Below are positions 12,601-32,700 of a DNA stretch of 64,000 nucleotides, in pieces (the first letter of the stretch is position 1; every line of letters begins with the position of its first letter). The translations under genes were made by a program, and so were the position numbers. This stretch comes from Marsupella aquatica (Eukaryota; Plantae; Marchantiophyta). The stretch is from NCBI GenBank assembly GCA_973895155.1, contig OZ316892.1, forward strand, positions 12,650,238 through 12,714,237. Reading direction: 5' to 3'. The notes below the pieces were generated by a model that saw nothing but the letters and a program-made list of their open reading frames with translations, searched no databases and had not been told where the DNA came from.

Positions 12601-13779
12601 TTAGATGTGGTACATGGTCATTATATAGTAGAAGTGGGGCTGAGAGTTTAAGCAGTAGACAGCAGCACAATTGCCGACAAGTACATGTCCGTTGTCCAAT
12701 CTTTGCACTTGTGGCTAATGGCATATATTCGAGGATTCTGATCTCTTGGTCATGCTTGATCTCTCTTTGGCTTCGGGTAAACATATGTGTGAACTGTCAC
12801 AATAGGGGTTTACCAAGGATTTCCCCATCACTTGTAAGGTGGTTTTCAATCCTGGCGTTGGGAATGGCTCATAAGCGCTGAAAAGAATCTGTCGGTTTCA
12901 CTTCATTTGTGGCTTTTTGCCTGCACTTGCTCCAATATGTGCATACGGTGGGAATGTCCTGGACATTTGACCACTTTTGATCTTACTCTTCCAGTTGTCC
13001 CAAAGTACCATCGTCTAAAACAGTGAACCGGAAGAGTGATCCTTTACAAGGTTTCATTATCCTGTTGCGTAAAGAGCTTGATCAGTTCAGGAACTTGGAT
13101 CACTGACAAATTGGAGTAATATTTGGGGTTTCGACAGTGCGCACGCAGCCTGTAGTAGTAATGAGAAGCAACTTATTTTTATGGTCCTCTAATATCGTTT
13201 AGAAAGCGTCGTCCTGCACGAAGGACTACGAGTATGTACAAATTTCCACTTTGAGCTATATTGTGCTCACTTGTAACTGTCCACGGCGGATTGAGATCCA
13301 TGAAACCCCAACTTCTACAGTTCTGTTGCGTGCATTGCTTTAATAAATTCGATTACTGTTCCTCTCATCCTAGGACAAGAAAAGTCAGCTGCCATTGTGC
13401 CGATCTCGCAGTGTCAAAACGAATTGAGTGGATGATGACTGTCAACTAGTTCTTCTACAACAGGTAAAAGACGAGTGACCAGACCCCATGCTGGAAGCCC
13501 TCCTTACGGATCTCTTCCAAGGTGGGCCCTAGTTGACTACGATTCCCTTGGACCATCCCTTCGAAATTTCTACTGGGTGGAGCTTTGTTCACATCTGTTG
13601 GACTGAATGCTATAAGCACCAATTCTATCCTTGAGTATGAACATATATTGCATTTGATAACGTTCGATAAAATAAAATCTAAATTCGCACCTGAGCACTT
13701 GATAAAACTTACCATTGATAGAGGAGGAGCTGAAGAGGAATCTTGATATCCAGTCTGTTACTCTTGAGCCAAATTTTCT

Positions 13780-14300
13780 CACCTAACGCTGAATATTCGA
13801 AGGTCTGAACTCTATCCGGTGTTTTTTTGTTTGTTTCTTTGGAAATGCCAACTGTTCTCAGGTTGAATATCGAATGTCTAAACGCCATAAACAATTTAAG
13901 ACAATTTCTATGCCGAACATTAGAATCTCCAATCTCCGTCCTCTTCTCTTTTGGTATCTTGGTTTGGAAATGCCAATCGTTCTCAGGTTGAATATCGAAT
14001 GTCTAATCTCCATTAAACCAATTAGGACATTTTCTAGGTTGAATATTCACATGTCTAATCTCCATCCTTCTCTCTTTAAGTATGTTTGTTTGCAAAGCCC
14101 ACCGTTCTCAGGTTGAGTATCGAATGTCTTATCTCCATTAAACCATTCAGGATAGCTTCTAGGTTGAATATTCGGACGTCTTGTATCCATCCTGTCCGCC
14201 GTGTGTTTGTTTGTTTGTTTGTTTGTTTGTTTGTTTGGAAGTGCCAATTGTTGAACGTCCAATGCCTAATCTGGGTTAAACCATTCATGGCATTTTCTCT
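13780..14300. repeat. Tandem array with about 125-bp period (about 4 units, two sub-repeats each) plus (GTTT)n
   Basis: TTCTCAGGTTGA(A/G)TATCGAATGTCT at about 13855, 13980 and 14105. Related sub-repeats TTCTAGGTTGAATATTC lie between them, with (GTTT)n at about 14205-14236. Confidence 0.85.
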
Positions 14301-17069
14301 TTGTATTTTGTTCGATACGGTACACGACATACTCATAGAAGCATCCTGGTATAGGCATGTCACAACACAAAGGGCAGGCTGGAGGGTTTGCCACGAGGGC
14401 CCTTGGTGAGATGGAACGGTAAAACTGTTGCGATTTGAAGTAATTGTTTAAAAATGTCCCTCAGTGGTTATCCGTGCCAAGACTTGCAGCATCTTCAACA
14501 GGATCGACTCCCAGGTAGTAGCCACCAAGGTCCAGGTCTGATAGTAGCATGTCACTTTTTCTTCAACCTAACGTAGTGCTTTTCTGGCTACAAACTTAGC
14601 TCACCGAATGTTAATTTCATGTTTTTTACAGGAAATAATGCATTGTGATTTCCATTATTATTGATATTGGTTTCAAATGCGACCTTTACCGTCCAGTGAA
14701 AGGGAATCATAGAGGTGAGCCAGCTGGTCTAAGCAAGAGGCCAACCATCATATTTAGTAGAGTTTGCGAAAAGGACTTAAAAACATAAAACTTTGAATAT
14801 TGTTAGAATCTTACACTTTTTGGGAAAGTCATTTTTGGTTTGGTATTTATATTAGCTGGAGAAATGAAAGACCTTGGTAAAGTAGTAGAAGAGACATACA
14901 GGAGGGCAAAGGCCTTTAATGGTGGTTTTGCAAATTACATCGTACAGCATTTTCCACGGCTTCCCCCCAATGAGGCATCTAAGGATGATACATTATTCCA
15001 GATTAGTTTTTCCAAAGGTCTTTGAATTGATTTTAGTCGTTTTCATTGATGTACAGTAGTGTGCAGTGGCTTAGTGTAAGTATTTTGAACAGGTCATGTT
15101 GAAGATCACCCATTGACACGAAAACAAAGTTGTCGCTTTGCCAACAGTTTCGGGTGCTACTCATAGCACACAGCATGGACTCCTGTCTCTGGATAGTCTC
15201 CTGGTTTGGCAGTGTTCTATATATAGTTGTTTAGTTGTTATCTCGACCCTCAGCACCTCACAATTCCTCTCCATTGGCCTCCCAGGCGCTCTGAATTGTC
15301 CACTGCAGCCTGCCACCACATTGCATGCCTTGTCGCATGGTGCCCATGCTTCAGCAGTCGAAGTACAATGTTTTTGCACTTCACAGCGGCAGTACTGATG
15401 GCACACACTGAGGCACTTTCCGAAGTATCACTAATAACAGTCAGATGTTGCCATGCAAGGATCACACATATTGTCTCATATTTACTATTTCCTAAAATGC
15501 TTCATGAAATTTAATCATCTTGAAGACAGATACGTATAATTACTTCACACACAGCCTTACCTGGGAGTAGATGTAAGTCCTTTTGACAGAATTCCTTCTG
15601 CGATGTCAGTGGGAACAAAAAATCTACGATGCTAGAGCAGAAGATTGAGCTGAAACATGAACTCCCTACAGATCTTGCTGGAGTGCAGCATGATGTGAGT
15701 AATGGTCCAGTGCATTTCCAGCAAGCAGCAGAAGGTCCATCACGAACGTATTTACAATATAGAACACACAGAAAGTTCTGGCCTTTGTACAATAGGAGTG
15801 TTCTATATTGTATATAAGTTCGTGTTGGACCAAAGTGAACAGACAGTTCAGGCTTTTAGACAGATATTCAGTCCTGTCGGACTTCAATAGTTTGCAAAAA
15901 CATGAATGGAGATTTTAATTTCGGGAAAAGGTTATTCAGGCTTTCCTTAAGATGTTCAGTCCTATCGTACTACAATAGGTTGGAACTTGAAAAATTGTAA
16001 AGAATCTCTAAATACCCGAAACCAATCTCGACCGTCACGGGCAACCTTCCTCCATTCATTAGACCAACTCAGGAAAGGCCTCCTTACTACCACAAGAACA
16101 AACAATTTGGACTCGTTGATTCTCGGGCCCGTAAGTGGATTTTTGAAGCAAACAATAAATTATCTCGATTGCTACGACGAGATAGTTGTTTAGGTTTCAT
16201 GACGCGATCTTCGTCTCGCTTACATTTCACATGGCCATGATCTATTACTTGTATTGCCATGTTCAAAAAACTTGTATGACCTTTCTAACATGATCAATGA
16301 GAGGACATTTTCATCGCTGATTGTGATTCTATCCATTGTGCCTGTGAAGAAGTTTTCACATTTTGACAGGCGAAGATAACGGGAATTCAGTGGTCACTTC
16401 AGCTAAAACAATCTCTATCAAGATTTACTCACAAATTGTCCGCGTTGCTTATTAACAATTGAGTATGCTGTCAACAGCTCCTTCACATGAACACGGATCA
16501 GAGATCAATTGGAGTGGTAGGGTAGTACTTTGGGACAGTGAACAAATACATAGTGTGGACAAAGATCCTAAGACCGTCGTACAATAATAATACAAGCTTT
16601 CGTCTACAAACAATACTCGTACTGGGGGACCCTTTTGTAGCGACTTCAGCAGATGCAAAGCCCTCATCGAGGCTTCAGGTCCTGTGCAAGTGGCTTGAAG
16701 ACTTTAACAAGTGGAATTGCTGAGGAGTGGCATAACAAAACGCCGACAGGCATCTGAAAACGAGTGCTACTGGTACCCTCAGAGACACTGATAGCACGCC
16801 CTCCGCAATCTACTGTAACCATCACCAGGCTACAACAACCAACCTCCATCAAAATTGTGTCATATCCAGAATGAGGTTTTGCCTGTTTCACACAAAATCT
16901 AGCGAGGATGCAGTACGGGCGCACCAGCTATTTGTGCTGACATTAGATAACATTTCGTGAACGAAATATCTTCCTGGCTTAGTTTCTTATTCATTGAATC
17001 GAAAGTTAATTTAACCAGTGAGTCAAAGCCTCTTTGACAATCTCCACTTGAAATAGTTCTCATGAACAT

Positions 17070-25534
<8,465 letters not shown>

Positions 25535-26179
25535 GATAATCGTTCCCAATACCTCCCTTCTCCTCTCCAACCTTCCCCTCCCTTCCGTTTCCGTTGCTCC
25601 TCTTCCTCCTCCTCCTCCTCGTCGACCTCGTCCTCGCCCTCGCGCGCCTCCGCGTCCTTTACGTCCGCTTCCTCCCTTGCGCTCGTACCCTGTCCTCGAC
25701 GAAGCATGCATCTAAAACTGTAAACCCAGCTCGTGCATCCAGACAAATTGTGCTTTCCTCCATATCGCTCCGCTGCATCATTCCTCAATCACCACATTCT
25801 CTGCTTCCCCCATTCTCCATCGCTGCCTCTCCTCTCTCCTCTCCTCTCCTCTCCTCTCCTCTCCCTCACCCCATTCCTCTTCTTCGTGAGAGCCGATCTC
25901 CAGTCTCGAGTGGCAGCCTGCCTATTCCATTTCTCTCTCGCGCTGCTCGCTCTGCCCTCGACGCATATGTAGGCGTGGGAGGAAAACCTCGATCGAGAGA
26001 AAGTGGGGGGGGGGGGGGGGGGCTCGTCTCATGCATTGGCTACGGAGGACAAGCGAACATCGGGATTTGGAAGCGCGCCCCGCCTGGCCACTCTTGTCTC
26101 TTCGCCACCGTTCTGGTTTCTCAATATAAGCTGCCATTACACCACTACGGTACCGTAGATTGGGCACTCTTATTTTACC

Positions 26180-27120
26180 GTCTACACTCTTTGTATTGCG
26201 TGCCCGCCGATGTGGCCCACCCACCCTCCCAAACGGACCTCTCCTCTCGTCCAATCTAATCTAATGTGGTAATTTATACCCTGTGCTGCACTCATTGATT
26301 TAAAAGAATAGCGAGGTTTATCATGGTATGCCTACACTCTCTGTATTGAGTGCCTGCGGATGTGGCGCACCTACCCACCCAAACGGACCTCTCCTCTCGT
26401 CTAATGTGGTAACATACTCTGTGCTGCAATCATTGATTTAATTAAAGAAAATAGCGGAGGTTTATCATGGTATGGAGTACTGGCATACACCGCCTACAGT
26501 AGTGGGGTACCATTGAAATCAATGTTTTGAATGTTAGAATGATGAGGAGCCGACCGGCGTATGTTTTTATTGAGGTGCCAAAATTCGCCCAAATTACATT
26601 ACATTACACCCCACTATAACATGTTGTTGGTCACTACCCACCCAAACGAACCTCTCCTCTCCTGGCCACTACAGTAGTAGTAGTATACCGGCGAAATCAA
26701 GTCTTTTGAATCAGCTTCAGAATGATGAGGAGCCTACCGGCGTCTGTATTTTTAGAGTGCCAAACTTCGACCAAATTAGACCCCACTAAAAAGTGTTGGT
26801 CACTAGTCACCGGAACGGACGTCGCCTCTCCTCTCCTCTCGTCCAGTAGTGTACCAGCGAAATCAGTCTGTTGAATCAGCGTCACAATGATGAGGAGCCG
26901 ACTGGCGTATGTATTTTTCTAAGTACCAGAATTTGCCCAAAATACACCCCTCTAAAAAGTGTTGGTCAATTTTGGCCAAAATTAGTAGGGCTTTTGTCTT
27001 CAATAGGCCAGCTTCTCCCTATTCTCACGTCCTGTAGCTACAGCCCCCATTTGTCAAAATCTGACTATCCTCACGTCCTATAGCTACAGTAGGGCCACCA
27101 TTTGTCAAAATCTGATAGTT
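26180..27120. repeat. Mosaic of tandem duplications upstream of the kinesin
   Basis: An about 149-bp unit x2 (26182-26474), an about 170-bp unit x3 with AATGATGAGGAGCC..CCGGCGT (about 26498-26970) and an about 46-bp unit x2 (27023-27115). Confidence 0.8.
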
Positions 27121-29710
27121 CTCCTTGAATTTAGGGAGATCTAATGGTCCAAAAATTAGTGTAAGAAAATTAGATAAGGAATGTTTCTTGCTCTCCTTCA
27201 AACGGTGACATTGGCCACCCTGGCAAACAACGAAAAAACCTTTTAAAATATTCCAAAGTGGACCCCCCATATACTAAAATCTGACGGTAAACTTTGAATA
27301 TATGTAGATCTAATGGTCATTAATCAATCTAAAAAAAATTAGATAAAGAATGATTTTATTCTACTTCACACAGGTGGCATTGGCCGGTGGCAGTGGCCAC
27401 CCTGGCAAGGGGCCATTGGCCAGCCTGACAAAAAATTAAAAAGTATTTTAAAACACTGGAGCATTGGAGCGGACTCTCTGTACATCTTGAACGGTCAAAG
27501 TTTGGACTTATTTTTTAGGTTGGTATCTTTGACCGGGTGTCATACATCATCCTGTGGTGTACGGTGGGGAAGGAACAAACGGGTTCTTGGGATCTATTTT
27601 GACGGATTAGGATACGAGCAGTCCGCAGTCGAGTACAGTAGGTACCGTAGTGTCATCTCGGTTGGCTCAATAAATAAATCATTACTAAAATGTCGCCCCA
27701 CTAGCAAATTATTGTGGGTCCTTTGTGACGCTTTGAAAGAATTATGTCATGTAAATTAAAATATTCTAATCATTGTGTACGGTATACATTGTTTTTTAGA
27801 TTGAAAAATGTGAATCGGAGAATTATGTACTGGCTTTGTCTTGTTTTTTAACGACCAGTGTCCACCGGTCTGGGATGAACAAAATGATATAATTTTTCAT
27901 TTTCTTTAGTACATTATGGACAATGGCTGTTTAAAATGAAAAATAAGGAATGTCTAGGGAGGTCTTGCCTTGTGAAGGGGTGGCGATAGGGTAGTAGGTG
28001 GGCAGAGCAGCAAACACTAATTGCAAAATATTTATTGTTTGTATGGGAGAAGTTAGAGTCACTATACTTGGTGCATTGCACCATACCTTTGACCAGAGGT
28101 TCTTTGGGGTTTGTGTGATTTTTTTGTATTGAACGGAGTCCTTATCTCCTTGTGTCTGTCCCTTGTCGCCTTCTTTAAATAGAGAGTGTCCATGGCACTT
28201 CAGAGAGCTCAGGTATTCACTATCCTTCACATAGCCAAGGGAGTTGGTTTTAGGGCAGTTAGTGGAATTTTTAGTTGCTTCCTTCTGTTTCCCCTTGGCC
28301 TGTAGGCCTCTTCGGTCTACTCTGGGTTTTCCCCTATTCCTTTTCCCTTTATTGGGTTGCTTTGCCTGTTTTTGTTCATTTGCACTGTTAAATTATGGTA
28401 TAAAGTCTTCATTGCAATTCCCTGCAAGACACTGGTATAATATTTGAACCCAGTATTGTATCCTACTTTGTTTGCTCTGGTTATTAATCAGGCATCTTAG
28501 TTTTGATGCCTGGGACTGTCGCACAACTGCTTTACCTCATGGCCATAGAGATAAAAAAGCATGGACTCTCAGAATGAAAGTGTATAGGGAGTTGAACCTC
28601 ATATCATAGATGTGGAAGTCTCATCAGCTCAATCATAATGATGTAAACCGGGTGTTAAACACTCTCCAATAGACATCATTCTGGAGCCCCGGATAATTGT
28701 GGCAACTAAGGTTAGAGTTTAGACCCAACTCACATGTGTGGGTCCTAAAAAATGCGGCCCTTGGCTGCAACAAAAGATCAGGAAAAATGTAGATCTTTGA
28801 TCACAAATGGGTCTTATCAAGTGCAGCATGGCATGAACTCAAGCAGTTAGTGTCCCTTTTTGTCCCTCACAGAGGCAATAAGGGCACAGCAAAGTTTCCA
28901 GTGCCACACTTAAGCAACATGTAACTTTCTGCCTTTTGTCTTACATGAAACTTTGAGATTAGGACCTCAAGGGCTGGAACCTTTCCGGCCCTTGCCCTTG
29001 GAAGTGCTAATTTATGGCGTCTGGCCTGGCACACAAGGGGGTAACGGCAATTTTCTCTCAGCGGTTTGTATGCTGCCGTCAGTCAGGTTTAGGGCCAAAT
29101 TTTCAAAGACCAATGACAAGCGAGTTGGCTCTCAGTGCCACACCTGGACAGACAGCAGCACTTGGCCAATCCACTCACCTTCTTGGATTGGGGCCAATGA
29201 TAGAGAACCAAGGGTGACAAGTCCCTAAAAGTTTTGTGTAGAGTTTAGAGATCTTTGAGCTGCTCTTGCTTGCTGTTGGCAACTTCCCCTTACTGACAGG
29301 TGATAATCTTCAGTAGTTTGTAGAGCCCTTGCTTCTCTCAGGAATTTGTTATTCATGTGCTACAAAATCTACTCTTTCCCGTGAGCATTTGCAATAATTC
29401 TCCTTTTTTCCAAACTTAGATGAGCTTCAAGCATTTCTCATATACAAGGACCAGTTTTTTAAAGCATTTTTTGTGCTTTGGAACCCTTTACTTACAGAAC
29501 TTTTGGCACCCAACCATTAAAAATTGGAAACTTTGTCTGTCAAATCTGATTCTTTGTGGCCTGTCTAGTAGGAGCAACTAGTGTACCTAGTATTGTATTT
29601 TAATGCATAACTAGTTGTCAGAATATAGCATAAGATTTGAAGCTTTATTCCAATTCCAGCACAAATCATGAACCCCACAATGAAAATAGGTCATTGGTTT
29701 CTATGCACAC

Positions 29711-32700
29711 TCAATTGACTCCCAATCTAGGTCTCTTTGGACTTCTTTCACAAAATGAGTCTTGGTTTGCGAGTAACTCAACAACTTCAAGGCTTTTGTC
29801 ATCCTTTGCTAGCTTTTCCACCAGATTGCCAGCAATATTTTGTGTGCCATCAGTTCCAAGGGCACAATTTCCAATCGACTTCTCAATTCCAACTCCCACA
29901 TCAAGACGGATTGTTTTGTCACTACTTTTCTTAATGATCTTATTTCTTTCTTGGTGACATGTTTGGTCCCGTTTGCAATCAGGTGGACTACATGAATCTA
30001 ATGTTTGTCGTTCTAAGTTCCCACTGTTATATTCAGGCTCTGCCACACCAGATTCTTCAATCCCCTTGCAACCATTCTTCCCTTGGGAAGATGCCATGTG
30101 CTCATCATTGTCCTGGCTGTCAGTGTTGAGATCAAAATTGAATGATGGATTCTGATACTTAGATCTCCATCCTCTAGAGTAGAGTCTTTTATATAAGTCC
30201 CCTGATCTTGTCACTGGTGACTGCTGGTGCAACAAGAAAAACAGATAGTGTCTTGAGTTACAAATTATGTTACACAAACAGATTCAGTAATAATGCCCAT
30301 GTCACCAAGAATATTATCATGTATGGGTAGATGGATTCCAGAATTCATGAAGTATGTTACATTCAATTTAGGATGTGTACATAGGTAAAAATGTCAAGGA
30401 TCACAATTTAGAGCTCATTTTGTGCCTCTTCTCACATTGTTCAATCACCAGGATCAAAAAAGCAAGTAATACTTGAAAAACAAGCATGGTTACTAAAGCC
30501 TTGATTGCTTGAGCATTGTACCTGAGCAAGAGTACCATGCACTAGTTGATCCATTTCTTGTTGTAATTTTGTAACTTCAGACCTTATATATGCTTCAGTT
30601 AGTTGCTCCATTCCAGTCCCTTGGCCAACAGCAATTGTGTGCTCCAAACCATGAATGGTACTCTCAAGACTTCTGACCTGAAACAAGTCGCAAACAAAAG
30701 AAATGCACAGGGTTTCAAGGGACAACGATAGCATGTTTAATGTTTCCTTTAAAAGCATGTTTAATATTTAACTTTATACATCAACTTTTGCATAGTGGAA
30801 TGCATGCAGGCCATTATTAAGTTATAGTTTCATCACTTTATCCTTGTTAGGTGGATTGGGGGCGGATTAAAGAAAGTGCTTTCAGATCTGCACAGCATCT
30901 TGTGATAGAGAACTGAGTTCCAAGAAGCATTTTCAATCACACCTGGATTCAAAAAGGGTGGAAGGATGATGTTGAACTAGGTTCACTACTGGGAACTATT
31001 GACAGGGCTAACCCATTCATCATTCAGGGTTCCTGCCAAGCATACTCTAGTGGACAAGACAACTTGGTCACAAGGTCTGTTCAGATTGAGATGGAGCAAT
31101 GTTGAGAAATCAAGAGATTCCATGTAGACTGCAATGTAGAAACCTCCAAGGCAACAAGCAGGTGAACCACCCCTGCCATCCAAAAGTCTAGATGAAAGCT
31201 CCACACCAACTCTTTACTGTGTTGGTAAGTCTTATCACAGACAAGCTTTACACCCGAAGTTTGAATAACATGCTTAACATGACCACAAGGTGGTCACAAG
31301 GTGGGAAGGGGGGTTGGGGGATTGGGAGCACGGAGGCAATAAGTCCTTTTCTCTCAATTAATCCAAGGCAATCCAAAGTGCTCCAAACGAACATACACTA
31401 TACAAAATGCATTACTGTCAAGGTGGGGCCAGGGAATGTTGAAAGTAAAAGGGCACTAAGGCCAGGAAACCACCAAGGAGGTGCTGTAACGAAATGACAG
31501 AAGTGGACCTATGACAAGGATTTTGATGTGGCCCACAAAAGGACTGGTTTCGCCTACAGCAAAACCCTCCTTGGCCCCTCTCATGTACAGTCAAAAGAAT
31601 CCATTCTAGGAAAATCTATAGCTGAGATTTTATCAATGTAGAAATATACCCTAATATATAGGCCCGATGATTTTGGGCCGCTACGTGGTTATTGTGCGTG
31701 TGGCCCACCCAAAAAGAGAATCCACATTATTTGACCCAGTAAACCTTTGGGTGGAGTTAACCTGTGTGGTACAAGGGCATACACAGTGCACATTACTACG
31801 AGAAATTTCAATCTTCAGTGCATATCAAATATCAAATATCAGCAATATTGAGATTTAGAGGGAACTCTAACTTTTCATTCCACTTAGAGTTGTAACAACC
31901 AATCCTTGTGCACTTGCAAATCTTGATGCAACAGCAAAAAACAACATTTCATTGCACAAGCAGCACTGGGAGCAGCCCTTCGCTGGGTCAAACAAATATG
32001 TGCAAGTAGGCCTGGATGTCAAGGTGACCGCCCTGTTACACCTAGCCATTATAAAGGAAATCTCTGGGGGTATTGTACAGTAATTTCAGCATGAAGCCCT
32101 CTTTCCATTCACCCCCTCGTCACCCCTTGCTTCCGTTATGGCAATTGGGGGTGACACACAAAAAGTGTAGTGTTCCAACAAAGGTACACTTTTTGTTGAC
32201 CCCCCCCCCCCCTCTTTTACCAAAAGGGGGTAGAGGGTGGCAAAGGGGGTGAATGGACAATTGCTCTCACTACATGCATCAAAATAGCTGAGAGAAAACA
32301 TCAGTAATGGGGCCCCCTCTCTTGGACCATCCCTACCTGCATCAACCTGCTGACCAATTTCCACTGGTTTTCCATAGCTATAACAGTATCACGGCAAGCC
32401 TCATTGAGACCAATGCAGACCTCAAGATAGACTACATTGCACAACCAAATTTCATGTGCCAAGCGGCTCATGTCATTCTATATATGACACTCTATATATG
32501 ACACTGCCAAAGAACAAAAGCCCCAATAGGGGATATTGGACCACATATCCTAGGCCAATAAGAGACCCAATAATGTGGTCCAATAATGGGGGAAAACAAG
32601 GGATAGGGAGACCAAATAGCCAAAAAGCCCCCACAAGGCCAAGGGACCAAAACCACTTAAGCCCTTCCCAGCTAATAAATTCAAGAGCTTGGTAAAGCTC

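Noticed and set aside
13780-14300. Repeat-spacer appearance resembling a CRISPR array
   Set aside because: The spacers are themselves homologous, the repeats are degenerate, the context is eukaryotic and there are no cas genes.
25594-26259. 221-aa plus-strand ORF
   Set aside because: It runs through CT-rich microsatellite and a G-run antisense to the kinesin leader and is low complexity.
26535-26900. Three AATGATGA motifs resembling C boxes of a snoRNA cluster
   Set aside because: There is no D box (CTGA) at a suitable distance and no terminal stems; the motifs are explained by the tandem duplication.
32157-32210. 12-bp stem ACAAAAAGTGTA/TACACTTTTTGT and a C-run in RWP-RK intron 3
   Set aside because: It is short and AT-rich, with no definable element boundaries or TSD.
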